DNA of 64,000 nt from Desulfatiglandales bacterium (GTDB lineage: Bacteria; Desulfobacterota; DSM-4660; Desulfatiglandales; Desulfatiglandaceae), in contig OY759599.1 of assembly GCA_963662465.1 (NCBI GenBank), positions 960,001 to 1,024,000 on the forward strand. Direction: 5' to 3'. This document shows, piece by piece, positions 20,206 through 32,742 of this stretch. Every line of letters starts with the position of its first letter. The first letter of the stretch is position 1. A program made the translations under genes and the position numbers. The notes beneath the pieces were generated by a model that ran no database searches, had not been told where the DNA came from, and saw nothing but the letters and a program-made list of their open reading frames with translations.

Positions 20206-21624
20206 ATGATTGAGGGCGCGTCCCGTAGAAACGATCGACTGATCATATTCACGATTTCCCTTGCTGCGTTTATGGGAGCGCTCGATGTAACTATTGTGAA
20301 CATCTCATTGCCCACGCTCGCTCGGAACTTCCAGGTGAGCACGAGTGTTGTTTCCTGGATCATACTGGTTTATCTCCTGGTCCTGTGCGCGTTTCTCCCC
20401 ACCTTTGGACGGTTGGGGGACATGAAAGGATTCCGGAAGATCTTTGTCGCCGGGTTCTGCACTTTCACGACAGGTTCCCTGGGCTGCGGGCTGTCACAGG
20501 GCTTCGCCCAATTGATCCTCTTCCGGGTCATTCAGGCGACTGGGGCGGCCATGCTTTCAGCCATCGGGCCGTCGATGGTCAGCGCTTACCTGCCGGAAAA
20601 GATGCGGGGGCGGGCCCTGGGCTACGTCACCACGGCCGCTTCGCTGGGGATCGCCATCGGCCCCGTGGTGGGAGGGATGATCAACCAGTATTGGAGCTGG
20701 CGGGGAATATTCTTCATCAATATTCCCGTGGGCATCATCGGGGTGTTTTTCGCAATGATCTTCCTTCCCCGAATCGCACCGGCTTCTCTCGGCAAGAAGT
20801 TCGACCTGCCGGGGGCGGCGCTGATCTTCCTGACGCTGTTCGCCTTGCTGTATGCCCTGAACATGGGCCACGAACTCGGTTTTACTTCCGGGCGGATTCT
20901 GGGTTCTTTCGGCGCCGCGGTCGTATTTGGCGGTTTGTTTATCCGGCAGGAAGCGCGCAGTCGAGATCCACTGATAAACCTGACGCTGTTCCGCAATGCC
21001 ACTTTCACGATTGCCAACCTGGCAGGGGGCTTGATGACGGGGGCCTTTACGGGGGCGATTTTCATTTTCCCGTTTTACCTCGAACTGATCAGAGAAATAT
21101 CGGTCTCCGGCTCCGGAATCATCATGATTGTCCCCTCCTTGCTGATGATGCTTTCCGGCCCGAGCGCCGGTCACTTGGCGGATCGTGGCAGCTCCAGGAA
21201 CGTCACCATGATCTCGATCATCTTCATGGTGATCGCTTTTGCGATGTTTTTTCTGCTCGGAAAGGTAGACATTTTCTGGTTTTTGATCCTTTCCCTTGCG
21301 CTCATGGGCGCTGGGATCGGCGCTTTTCTCCCTCCCGCCAGGCGAATGATTCTCGACAGAAGCCCCTCCAACATGGAAGGGATCTCATCGGGCATCATGG
21401 TGACCATAAGGAACTGCGGGTCGGTGCTGGGCGTGGTGATCCTGGAGACGGCCTTTTCAAGCGTTGTGGGCGGAGACCGCGGAAGATTAATTCTTCCCGG
21501 AGAGAATCGGGGTTTACTGTTGAAGGGTTTCGAAGACGCTTTCCTGGCGGGCCTTCTCCTCTCTCTGGCAGCCCTTGCCGTTTTCGCTTTTGTGAGGCGG
21601 GAGTCACGCAGGGCGAACACATAG
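20206..21624 (+). CDS. DHA2-family MFS efflux transporter
   Basis: LDVTIVNISLPT, GRLGDMKGFRK, GPVVGG, WRGIFFINIPVG; about 14 TM segments; alternative GTG start at 20197. Confidence 0.9.
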   Translation: MIEGASRRNDRLIIFTISLAAFMGALDVTIVNISLPTLARNFQVSTSVVSWIILVYLLVLCAFLPTFGRLGDMKGFRKIFVAGFCTFTTGSLGCGLSQGFAQLILFRVIQATGAAMLSAIGPSMVSAYLPEKMRGRALGYVTTAASLGIAIGPVVGGMINQYWSWRGIFFINIPVGIIGVFFAMIFLPRIAPASLGKKFDLPGAALIFLTLFALLYALNMGHELGFTSGRILGSFGAAVVFGGLFIRQEARSRDPLINLTLFRNATFTIANLAGGLMTGAFTGAIFIFPFYLELIREISVSGSGIIMIVPSLLMMLSGPSAGHLADRGSSRNVTMISIIFMVIAFAMFFLLGKVDIFWFLILSLALMGAGIGAFLPPARRMILDRSPSNMEGISSGIMVTIRNCGSVLGVVILETAFSSVVGGDRGRLILPGENRGLLLKGFEDAFLAGLLLSLAALAVFAFVRRESRRANT

Positions 21625-21636
21625 GTTCGCCCCTAC
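21611..21636 (-). repeat. GTAG-type REP palindrome
   Basis: GTAG-GGGCGAAC-CTATGT-GTTCGCCC on the minus strand; overlaps the MFS stop codon. Confidence 0.75.
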
Positions 21637-21644
21637 GCCCGCCA

Positions 21645-24600
21645 TTATTTACAAAACGATAAAATATTGTCCGCCAATGCCTCCGTTTCATCAAGAATAT
21701 CAAAATGATGCCGGTTGATCTGCTTGACCTGGAGGTTATCTGCGAATTTGGGGATCGAGCATCATCACAAGGGGTTCATAGATCTCGCACCCGCCGTCAC
21801 CGGGATGAATGAAGACCAGGGTTCCGGCGTTTTCCCTGAATGGGTTGAGGCGCATGATGTCGTGGTTCGCCTTTTTTTCGCATTCTTCGGCAATCCGCAG
21901 CACTGTTTTCAGATTGAATATATGCGACACCCGAAAATCGATTCCCAGGTTTTTCGAAATGAGATGGGCCGCCTCCATGGCCCGTATGGAATCGCCGCCC
22001 ATATGGAAGAAGTTATCGGTTATGCCCACGCGCGAAAGGCCCAGCACCTCCTGCCAGATGCGGCACAGGTTTTCCTGTATATGGTTTTCCGGCGCCCGGT
22101 AAGCATCTTCTCCCGTTGCAGCCGGTTCCGGAAGCGCATGCTTGTCGATCTTGTCTGATGTGGTGAGATTGAATTTCTCCATTTCAACAAAAACGGACGG
22201 CGCCATGTAATCGGGAAGATGCTCCAGAAGATAGGACCTTAACTGATGGACCGTGGTTTCCCCGGTCTTACCCCCCTTGAGGGTGTAATAGGCCGCCAGG
22301 TACTGACGCCCCTCACGCTCTTTACATAAAACGGCGGCCTGTTTCACCGCGTCATGGGACAGGAGCCTGCTTTCGATTTCCTCGAGTTCTATTCTGAACC
22401 CGCGCATCTTGATCTGGTTGTCGTTTCTGCCCACGTAGTCTACGTTTCCATCCGGCAGCCACCGGACAATGTCCCCTGTTTTATAGAGCCGCCGGTTTCT
22501 GGAAAGTCGCTTGTCTTCATTCGCGGCAAAGGGGTTTTCCAGGAATCGCTCCCGGGTCAGGTCCGGGCGGTTTAAATAACCGCGCCCCACGCCGTCTCCG
22601 CCGATGTACAGTTCGCCTTTCATGCCCACGGGGACGGGATTTTTGTCCGGATCCAGCACGTACAATGTGGTGTTGTTCAAGGCTTTACCGATGGGAATGA
22701 GGTCCGCGTCGGTCAGGCGGCAGGCGGTGGCATAGACGGTCGTTTCCGTGGGGCCGTAGGCGTGTATCAGATGTGTATTCACAGAAGATACGAGAAATTC
22801 CCGGACCCGTTCCCGGTTCGCCTTTTCACCGCCAAAGATGACATGGCGCAGTTTGAGAAGGGGATTTCGATCCCCTGTACTTGCCAGGAGGTTGAAAAAC
22901 GAAGTGGTGGCAAAAGCCGTATTCGCGTCATGGTGATCGATGATGCCGGCAAGCGTTCCCAAATCCAGGAATTCATCCTTTTGGGGGAATACGGTACACC
23001 CGCCGTTTAGAAGGACTGAAAAAATATCGAATATGCTGGCATCGAAGGTAAAATTGGAGAAGGAAACGGCCCTGGTATCGGTATTCAAAGGACAATAGTT
23101 GTTGTTAATGGCGTAAGCCGCAACATTTCGGTGTTCGATCATGGCGCCCTTGGGCTGTCCGGTTGATCCGGAGGTATAGATGAGATAGGCCAGATCCCGG
23201 GGTGTATTGATGTGTTCGGGGTTTTCATCAGGGTGTGAGGATGGCGCTTCCCGCGAAAGATCCATTACTTTGATATTGTCCGCTAAAAAGCCTAAGGTTT
23301 TCCGGTGGGATGAAGATACCAGGATGAGGCGGCATCCGCTGTCTTCAATTTTATTCCTAAGCCTGTTTTCCGGTTCTTCCGGGTCCAGGGGAAGGTAGGC
23401 GCCGCCCGATTTCAGGATGCCGTAGATCCCGGTGAGCATTTCAGGTGAACGATGGGTATAAATGCCGATGATCGTGTCGCTTCTTATGCCATCGTTGTTT
23501 ATTCTTTGATATGTTTTTCTGATGGCATGCGCGATCCTGTTGGCCGCACGGTTCAGTTCCGAAAAAGTGAGGGCCTTTTGGGGAAATATGGCGGCGGTTT
23601 TGTCCGGTGTTTTTTGAACCTGTTCCTCAAAGAGTTGAACCAGAGTCTTGTCCCGAGGATACGGCGCATACGTCCGGTTCCAATCAAATACCTGCTTTTC
23701 GTATTCCGCCCGGTCCATCAGCACAATGTCTTTGATCCGGATTTCCGGGTTCGTGGAAATCGTATCCAGAATTCGAACATAATGCCCGCCCATGCGCTTA
23801 ATGGTGCTTTCGTTAAACAGCGCGGCGGCATAGCCCAGGATGAATTTCAGTTTTTCGGCGTCTTCATAAACATAGCCGATCAGATCAAAGGGTTGGGACG
23901 TTATTCCCGGATCCACATGCTCAAAGGTCGCCGGACCCAGTTGCAGCGTCTTTTCGCCGGATTCCCACTGGCCGAACATCACATCAAAGAGCGGGTTTCG
24001 CCCCGGCGCTCTTTCAATCTTGAGGCGTTTTACCATCTCTTCCAGGGGATAGGCGTCATTTGAAAGCGCGGCAATCACCTTCTCCTTAACGGTTTTTAAA
24101 TAGGCCCGCACCGTCATCTGACCGGAAACCATTGTTTTCACCGGCAGTGTGCTGACAAACATGCCGAGGCAGTTCATGACATCCTGGCGGTTCCGTCCCA
24201 AAGAGGGGATCCCCGTAACGATGTCTTCTTCCCGGCTGTATTTGGAAAGCAGGATATGAAACGCCGCCAGCATTATCATGAAAAGTGTGACGTTCTCGGA
24301 TTTTTCCAGTGCCTTGAGCGCGTTTGTGGACGTGGCCTCGATTTCCAGCTGAACGGAGCCCCCGCTGCGATCGGGCAGGGTGCCCCGCTTTTTGTCGTAG
24401 GGAAGCATCAGTTCCGGGAGGGGGCCTGAAAGCGCATGGCGCCAGTATTTTTCCTGGCGCAGGTAATCCGGGGTCTTGGCAAATGCCTGTTCGTAAACCG
24501 CGCAATCCCTTAACCGCACCGGCGGCACTTTTGCGCGCATTCCCGCGAAAACATCGGTAAGCTCCCTGAGGAAGATTTCCACGGACCGGCCGTCGAAAAT

Positions 24601-27600
24601 ACTGTGATGAAAATCAAAGAGCAGACAGGTGGCCCCGCCGTCCGTCCGGTGGTAAACCGCCACGCGCCAAAGCGGCGCTTTATGAAGATCAAAGGGGCGG
24701 CAAAAACGGGTGAGGGCGGATTGCATTTTCTCGGACGGAACATGCTTTTCTTCAATTTCAACTTTAAATTCAGACATTTCGACGATCTTCTGCCGAATGC
24801 CGTTTTCCGTTTCAATGAAATGGGTCCGCAAGGCTTCCTGGGATTGGGCAATTGCCGAAAGCGCCTCTTTGAGCTGGTGGGTATCAAGGTCATGGCCGGT
24901 TTTGTAGATCAGGGTGATATTGTAGGCGGTGCCGGCCCCCTCAATACGATTGACCAGAACCATTCTTCGCTGTGCGTTCAAAACCGGATAATCCGGCATA
25001 TCGGGCGTTTTTTCGATTGTAAGTGCCGCACTCTCGGCGGCGGCGTCGATAAAATCTGCTTGTTCCTTGATGGTTTTGGACTGGAACAGATCTTCGGCGG
25101 TAATGTGTTTCCCCAATTCCGAATTCACTTTGAGCGCCAGCTGAACGACTTTGAGGGAATTTCCCCCCAGGTGGAAGAAGTTGCTGGTGATCCCCGGATT
25201 TTCAACCCCTAAGAGTTCTTCCCAGATTTTAGAGAGTCTCTTCTGGGTATCCGTAAACGGCGCTTCGTAGTCTTCATCGCTTGCGGAAAATGCCGGTTCC
25301 GGCAGCGCTTTTTTGTCAATTTTGCCCGATATGTTGAGGGGCATTTCAGAAAGCGCCACAAAAAAGGAAGGAATCATATAGGCGGGAAGACGTTCCGCCA
25401 GGTATTCATTCAAAACCCCCGCGGCAATCTTTTTTGGCTGATCGCTTTGTACGGGATTGTTTGAATAAACCTCGGAATCTTTTCTTTCGGCATTCATGTG
25501 ATAAACGGCATCTTTTACGGCATCGAGTCCGTTTTGAAAGAAGACCACGTCCAACCCGCACTTGTTGTCAAGCGATAACGACACCAGAATTTGATACCCT
25601 CCGGCATCGGCCATTTCGTATAAATCTTCCAGCGTATGGATATCGGCGCAATCGTCGGTCTATTTTTCATACTCGGACAATATCTTTTGATTGTCCTGGG
25701 ACAAAAAACCGGTGATGCCGCATTCACTGATGACGCGTTTGTTGGGAAAATTGCGAATCGCGATGGTGTCCGTTCCGGCCCCCAGTTTTTCTTCCAGGGT
25801 CATTTGGGGCCCATATTCTTCCCAGGGAAGCGCAATGGGGTTTTGCTTCTTTGAAGGACCCACCTTAAGCATCACATCATAGCGAAACCGGTTCATTTCA
25901 TGGGCGCTCCGCCCTCTTTTGGGCAGGATCTCCACCCGGCGGACGCTCTTGTTTTTGCCCGCAAACGCCATGAAAAACGCCGGTGAGATAAGGAGTTCCT
26001 TGTCATTTTTCATGTTCCGCATGGCCGTTTTGCCGATAGGGGTATTTTCAGGCAGTGGACCTTCCTGGTGTTTAAATACCTGAACCGCCGCGTGAAATTC
26101 GCCCTGCAGCCTGAAATCCCGCACATCTCCGATGAATATGGTTCCCTCCCCGATCCTGCGGCAGGCTTTTTCCAGGACGTCTTCGAGGTAAGGGGCGCCG
26201 GGAAAATATTGAACAACGGAGTTTATGATGACCACGCAGCTGCCGTTTTCATCTATGGCGGTTCGCGGAACTTGATCGATTTCGTGTGCCCGCTTTTTAA
26301 ATAGTACGGCATGCTCCGCGCTTGTTTTTTTCAAACCTTGTTTCAGCTTTTCAATCACCTTGCCCGAAAAATCGATTCCCGTATAGTGATCCACATGGGA
26401 AAGGAGCGGATACATGAGCAGCCCGGTGCCGCAGCCGATCTCGAAAACTATGGAAGGCTCGAGGGAAAGGATCCGCTCCAGGGTCATGTCCCGCCATTCA
26501 CGCATGTCCTCGATCGGGATGGCCCGGCCGGTGAACGAACTGTTCCAGCCGTAAAATTCATCCTGGCGCACTGCGCCCGCAATATCATCATAGGTATCGT
26601 CATAGATGGACTCCCAGGATTGAATAAAGGTATTGTCGGCTTTTTTTCCTTCGCTTTCGTCGGTTTCCCGCGTTGTTTCCCGGACCGTGTAATAGGCAAC
26701 GATCACCTTGTCCTGTTTCTTTTTCCGTACCATGACCGTGCAGGTCTCGATCATGGGATGTGAGGCCAGTTTGTTTTCGATTTCCCCCAGCTCGATCCGG
26801 TATCCCCTGATCTTCACCTGACCGTCATTTTGTCCCATGTACTGGATGTCCCCGTCCGGAAGCCATCGGACCACGTCCCCCGTCTTGTAAATGCGAAGAT
26901 TTTTGCCGTTTTTTTGGTCTTCGGCGGATGCAAAGGGATTTGGCATGAAACGCTCCGCCGTCAGTTCCGGGCGGTTCAGATACCCCCGGGCCAGACCTTC
27001 TCCCCCGATGTACAATTCGCCCGCAATCCCTTCCGGCACGGGCTTCCGGTCCGGATCCAGAACATAAGCGGTGATGTTGTGGACGGGTTTTCCAATATTC
27101 GTATTGAGGTCCCCCTTTTGATAGAAATGCAGGGTGGCGACAACCGTGCTTTCCGTGGGACCGCAGGCATTGACGAAGGCTCTCTGCCGGCGCCGGCGAT
27201 CCATGATTTCGGCAGGGCAGGCATCGCCGCCGGTTTGAAGAATTTTTAGCGCCGGAAGCGCCTTTTCCGGCATGGCTTCGATGATGACCGGCGGCAGCAG
27301 GGTATCCGATATGGCCGTCTTTTCCATGAAATCGGAAAGGGCCGCCGGGTTTTTTCTGATCTCATCGGGCGCGATATATAAGGCGGCGCCGGAGAGAAGC
27401 GCCGGAAATATCTCCCAGACCGATGCATCAAAAGACGTTGAAGCGAACTGCAGGGCATGTGATTGGGGGTTCAGCTTGAAAATGTCTTTCCTGGCAAAAA
27501 TCATATTGACGCAATTTCGATGTTCGATCATCACCCCCTTGGGAAGTCCCGTGGAACCGGAGGTGTAGATGACGTACGCCAGGTCCCGGGGTGTGTTGAC

Positions 27601-30600
27601 GGATGGCGGGTTGGTGGTGGGAAATTTTTCGATCTCTTCCCAGTAGGCGTCTACGCTCACCAAAATGGTGTCCGATTCCGCCAGAAAAAGGAGATCCTCT
27701 GCCCTGTTCCGCGATGCCAGCACCATCTTGCAGGCGCAGTCGTTGATCTTGAATTGGAGGCGTTCTTCCGGGTCCGCATGATCGAAAGGGACATAGGCGG
27801 CGCCCGATTTGATGATCCCTAAAATGGCGATGATCTTTATTATGGAGCGGTCCATATAGAGACCGATCAGCGTGTCCCCCCTTACGGCTTCGCCCCACTC
27901 TTCCGGGTATGTCTGCCGGATCATGTGGGCCAGTTGATTGGCCTTTTCATTGAGCCCGCGGTAGGTGAGGGTCTCATCGCGAAACACAAGGGCGGTTTGT
28001 TCAGGCGTTTTTTCCACCTGTTCCTGAAAAAGAAGGGTCAGGGTTTTGCCGTTGGGGCAGGGCCGTGCCGTGCGGTTATAATCATGAATGATTTTTTCAT
28101 ATTCTTCACGGTCCATCAGGGAAATGTCTTTGATGGGCATTTCGGGATGGGAGACCATGGCCCTCAAAACATTTAAGTAATGCCCGGCAAAGCGTTCGAT
28201 GGTCGTTTTGTTGAAAAGGGCCGCGGCATAGCTGAAAACAATATCCGTCCGGCCCGCTTCTTCATAGACGTAGCCGGTGATATCGAATTTTTCGGTGATG
28301 ACTTCCTCATTGATTCGCGAAAGGGCGGTATTTCCCAGTCGCAGCTTGTCGTCTCCCAGGTCCCACAGGGCAAATACCGTATCAAAAAGCGGATTTCGTC
28401 CCGCTTCCCGTTCGATATGGAGGGTGCTGACCATTTCCTCTAAGGGGTACAAATCATTGGCAATGGCGGACAACACTTTGTGTTTGACCCTTTCCAGGTA
28501 TTCCGACACGGACATATGGCCGAAAATTCGTGTCCGGACCGGGAGCGTGCTGACGAACATGCCCAGGCAGGAAAGCACATCGGGACTTTTCCGGCCCAGT
28601 GAGGGGATGCCGGTGATGATGTCTTCACTTGCGCTGTATTTTGAAAGCAGGATATTAAATGCCGCAAACATGAGCATAAAGGGGGTCACGTCCCGGCTTC
28701 GTTCAACCCGTTTCATCGCTTCTTTCAAGTCAGGGTCTATGGCCAGCCTTACGGCCCCGCCCTTATAGTCCTTTACTTTCGGGCGTTTCCGGTCCCAGGG
28801 GAGTGATATTTGGGGAAGTTCTTCACCCAATTCATCGCGCCAGTAGGCTTCCTGCCGTTGGTAGGTTTCGGAGCTTGAAAGCGCCTGTTCCAAAAACACA
28901 TAGTCCCTGACGCGGCCGTCGGGCGGGGTGAGTGTTTTCGTATGGTAGGCGTGATGGAGTTCTTTTAAGAAGAGATTCACCGACTGCCCGTCAAAAATGA
29001 TGTGATGAAAAACAAAGATCAGATACGTGGCGCGCCCATCCGATTCCTTGAAAATACCGGTACGCCATAAAGGGGCTTTGGCCAGGTCAAAGGGGCGGCA
29101 AAATTGTGTAAATGCCGCTTGTAATGAACGGGTCTCGATGGCTTTTTCTTCGATTTCAAGGGCGCACTCGGACATCTCCGGAATTTTCTGGCGAATACCG
29201 TTTTCGGTTTCGAAAAAGCGGGTTCTCAGGGATTCCTGGTTGCGGGCTATTTCCGCCAGCGTTTCCTTCAACGGTTCCCCGTCGAAAGCATCTTCGGTCC
29301 GATAAATCAACGTCACATTGTAGGCCGGGCTTTTGCCCTCTATTTTGTTGACCAGGTACATTCTTTTCTGAGCATTTAAAACCGGATAGTCCGGCAGTTC
29401 AGGTGCGCGTTTGAGTTTCAATGAAACCGATTTGCCGGCGCGCGCAATCCGCGCGGCCTGTTCCTTTATGGTTTTAGCCGCGAAGAGTTTTTCCGGTGAA
29501 ATATCGATTCCAAATGTCCGGTTGATCCGGAGCGCCAGCTGAACGATGGTCAATGAATTGCCCCCAATATGGAAAAAATTCGTCGTCACCCCGATCCTTG
29601 GCACCCCCAGCAGGTCCTCCCAGATGGCGCATAGTTCGGTTTCGGTTGCGGTTGCGGGTGCTTCAAAATCCTTCTCATCCCCGGTAAAATCCGGTTCCGG
29701 AAGCGCTTTTCGGTCGATCTTGCCGGAGGTGTTGACCGGCATGGTTTGAAGCGGCACAAACACCCGCGGGATCATATAGTCCGGCAGAAGTTCCGCGAGA
29801 TGGGACCGAAGCGCGTCCTTTTTGACGTCCGCTTTTTCCTTTGCGGTATAATATGCGCAAAGATATTTTTCGCCGTTTCTTTCACGGGCGATGACCGCGC
29901 ACATCAAAACTGAAGGATGCGCGTAGAGCTTGTTTTCAATCTCCCCCAGCTCGATGCGAAACCCCCTGATTTTCACCTGGTTGTCATTTCGTCCCACATA
30001 CTGGATGTCGCCGTTTGAAAGCCGTTTCACCACATCGCCGGTTTTGTAAATGCGGAGGTTTCGGCCGTTTTTCTTCTCCTCATGGGTGGCGAAGGGATTT
30101 AAGATAAACCGTTCTTTCGTGAGATCCGGGCGGTTCAGATACCCCCGGGCCGGCGCATCGCCGCCGATGTACAGCTCTCCTTCGTCACCGATCTTCACCG
30201 GACGCTGTTCCCCGTCCAGGATATAGACCGTAATATTATCCAGGGGTTTTCCGATATCCGTATTGAGATCCCCTTTTTTATAAGTATGCACGGTGGCGCA
30301 AACGGTACATTCCGTGGGTCCGTAAGCGTTTACAAACACATGGTTTTGGCTCCACCGATTCATGGCTTCGGTTTTACAGGCTTCTCCGCCCGTCAGAACA
30401 ATTTTAAGAGACGGCAGTTCCGTCGGGTGAAGCGCCTCCAGCACCACCGGAGGCAATGTGAGAACGGAAATGCTTTCTCTTTTCACCATGTCCAGCATGG
30501 CGGCGGGGTCGGTTCGAATCTCGTCCGGCACGATGTACAGGGCGCTGCCCGACAGTAGGCATGGAAATATTTCCCAGACCGAGGCATCGAAAGCGATTGA

Positions 30601-30736
30601 AAAAAACTGTGTCATGCGCGAAGAGGAATCCAGGTCCAGATGTTTCTTTTTGCCGTGGATCATGTTGATGCAGCTTTTGTGCGTAATCATGACCCCCTTG
30701 GGACGTCCCGTTGATCCGGAGGTGTAAATAACATAA
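21645..30736 (-). pseudogene. NRPS A-T-C-A(N-MT)-T-C-A-T-TE, disrupted
   Basis: Three YTSGSTG A domains, HHIIFDG and HHSIFDG C domains, GGNSL/GGNSL/GGDSI carriers, FEIGCGTG methyltransferase; cut at 30736 by an IS; in-frame TAG at 25660-25662; TE internally deleted. Confidence 0.9.
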
Positions 30737-32742
30737 CGCATAAGTCTAAATGTTGTGGGGTTTACTCTAACATATTGAAATTATTTCATCTGTTAAACGG
30801 TTCAGAATCAATATCCTAATCAAAGCGCATTTCGTGAGGCCAAACATTTTTTCCTGAATTCGCCTTAGCGGAAAAAAGTTAGGGACTTTTTTTGATAAGT
30901 GTGCATAATCATAGTGCAACAGTCTATGTTAAATTAGAGAGGTTGCACATGATTAATAATATTAAGAGAGCTTTGACAATGTTGGACAAAGCTCAAAACA
31001 GACTTGCAAGACAATGTTATTACGATCCAAAACAGTATCCTGAGATTTTCTTTGAAATTGAGAAATGCATTAATGCCATCAGATCATGGATCAATGAAAG
31101 GGAGATGTTTCAATCATTGCAATATTTTTATGTAACATTGTCTGCTCTTATTGATGAACTTGGTAGGTTAATAAGTCAATTATGGGATATTTGTAAGCCA
31201 ATAAAAGGGAAAAAAAGCATTCCAAAAACACAACGGGATCGACAGAAAATTAGAATCTTTTATTCAATTCGTTCAATGATAAGTAATATTACTAAAAAAT
31301 TGAATAATGTAAAAAGTCGTGATAGTACAATCAGTATTGCATTTGAGATAGGGATGTTAAAATCTTTTGATAAATCCATAATCGAAAATGTAAAAAAGAA
31401 AATGGAAGACCTTGTTTCTAAACGAGGAAATCAAACATATATCTTTCCTTATAATAACACCGAAAGCTATCATGCTCTCGTAAAAGATAGTAAGAAGTTT
31501 CGCATTGAAGTATTAGATAAACTCGATAAATATGATCACCACACAGGCCATAATTCAACATGTTCTGGACCTAAAGAATATATTTTATCTGGTTTCCGCG
31601 GGAATCCTCGAAAAACAATAATGAATGGAGGAGAACAACAGACATTCCCAATCCGCATGATACAATGCCGGAAGTGCAAACAAAAGTTCTCTCTTGTTCC
31701 CAGCTTTCTCCCAAGGGAAAAGAATTTTGGTATAGAGATTATTGGGCACGTATTTCGGAATATGTACCGTTTTAATGCGAGCATTCAAGGAGCCATCGAA
31801 AGCCTTAAAATTATTGGCAAAAAAAGTGTCAAAAGCAAACAAACCATCTTGAACTGGAATCGATGGGCAGGAACACTTCATCCTGCAACAATACTAACAA
31901 GAGCAGGAGTGAAAGGCTCAGGATATCTACAGGAAGATGAGGGCTTTGAAAAAGAACCAAATTTAAGAACTTATTCTGTAGTTATGGTCGATCCTGAAAA
32001 TTTATTAGTATGGCACTCCGATTATGTTGATCATGTTGATGAAGAAAACCTGTGCGGTTCATTTGAGGATTTTTTGCAAAAAATCGACTTCAAAATCCTT
32101 GGTGTAACAAAAGATAAGTGGAAAGCCTCAACCAATGCTATCAAGACCGTATTCCATAACATTTGGGTCGGATATTGCCATCGTCATTGTTTGAAAAACT
32201 TCTACGATGCACTATCAAAATATCAAAAAGAATCAAAATGTACCGACCAAGAAGTGGACAAGCTTTATAAAAAATTTAAGAAAGTTTTGAAAACATCCAC
32301 ATCTAAAGTTAACTTGGAAGTAAAGATTAAGGCATTAGATGACGATGCATTTTCTCATCCATTACTAAAAAAGAGGGTAGTAGAATTAAAAGAAAATGCC
32401 ACTCATTATACCTCTCATAAAAATAGAAATGGGATAAAACAAACAACCTCCATTGTTGACAATTATTTAAAAGGAATCAAACGTAAACTAAAACAAATTG
32501 AGAGTTTTCGAGATAAGAAATGGGCAAGTCTTTTCTTTCGAGCACATGCGACTATCAGGAATTTTGTCCCATTTTTACCTGGCGCAAAAAATGCTCATAA
32601 AAGTCCCTTTGAATTAGCCAACGGCCAAACATTTGACTTACCTTGGATTCAAGTTATGAATGTTCATAATGCATTCTTGTTTACCGAAAACGCCTTTTAA
32701 TTTTGATGGGTTATACAACCCCACAACATTTAGACTTATGCG
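30737..32742 (+). mobile_element. Insertion sequence, 2006 bp, family unassigned
   Basis: Perfect 26-bp terminal IRs (cgcataagtctaaatgttgtggggtt) at 30737-30762 and 32717-32742; AT-rich; no target duplication. Confidence 0.9.
30949..32700 (+). CDS. Putative transposase with Mutator/IS256-like features
   Basis: Sole long ORF between the IRs; CRKC Zn motif, QEDEG, VTKDKW, GYCHRH, TTSIVDNYLKGIKRKLK; GAGAGG RBS. Confidence 0.75.
   Translation: MINNIKRALTMLDKAQNRLARQCYYDPKQYPEIFFEIEKCINAIRSWINEREMFQSLQYFYVTLSALIDELGRLISQLWDICKPIKGKKSIPKTQRDRQKIRIFYSIRSMISNITKKLNNVKSRDSTISIAFEIGMLKSFDKSIIENVKKKMEDLVSKRGNQTYIFPYNNTESYHALVKDSKKFRIEVLDKLDKYDHHTGHNSTCSGPKEYILSGFRGNPRKTIMNGGEQQTFPIRMIQCRKCKQKFSLVPSFLPREKNFGIEIIGHVFRNMYRFNASIQGAIESLKIIGKKSVKSKQTILNWNRWAGTLHPATILTRAGVKGSGYLQEDEGFEKEPNLRTYSVVMVDPENLLVWHSDYVDHVDEENLCGSFEDFLQKIDFKILGVTKDKWKASTNAIKTVFHNIWVGYCHRHCLKNFYDALSKYQKESKCTDQEVDKLYKKFKKVLKTSTSKVNLEVKIKALDDDAFSHPLLKKRVVELKENATHYTSHKNRNGIKQTTSIVDNYLKGIKRKLKQIESFRDKKWASLFFRAHATIRNFVPFLPGAKNAHKSPFELANGQTFDLPWIQVMNVHNAFLFTENAF

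Noticed and set aside
20385..21662. 425-aa alternative-frame ORF over the MFS gene, and similar shadow ORFs elsewhere
   Set aside because: No recognisable motifs; typical of off-frame ORFs in GC-rich coding DNA.
21900..30700. Similar segments among NRPS modules as possible DGR template/variable repeats
   Set aside because: Ordinary module paralogy; no reverse transcriptase, and no adenine-specific mismatch pattern was noticed.
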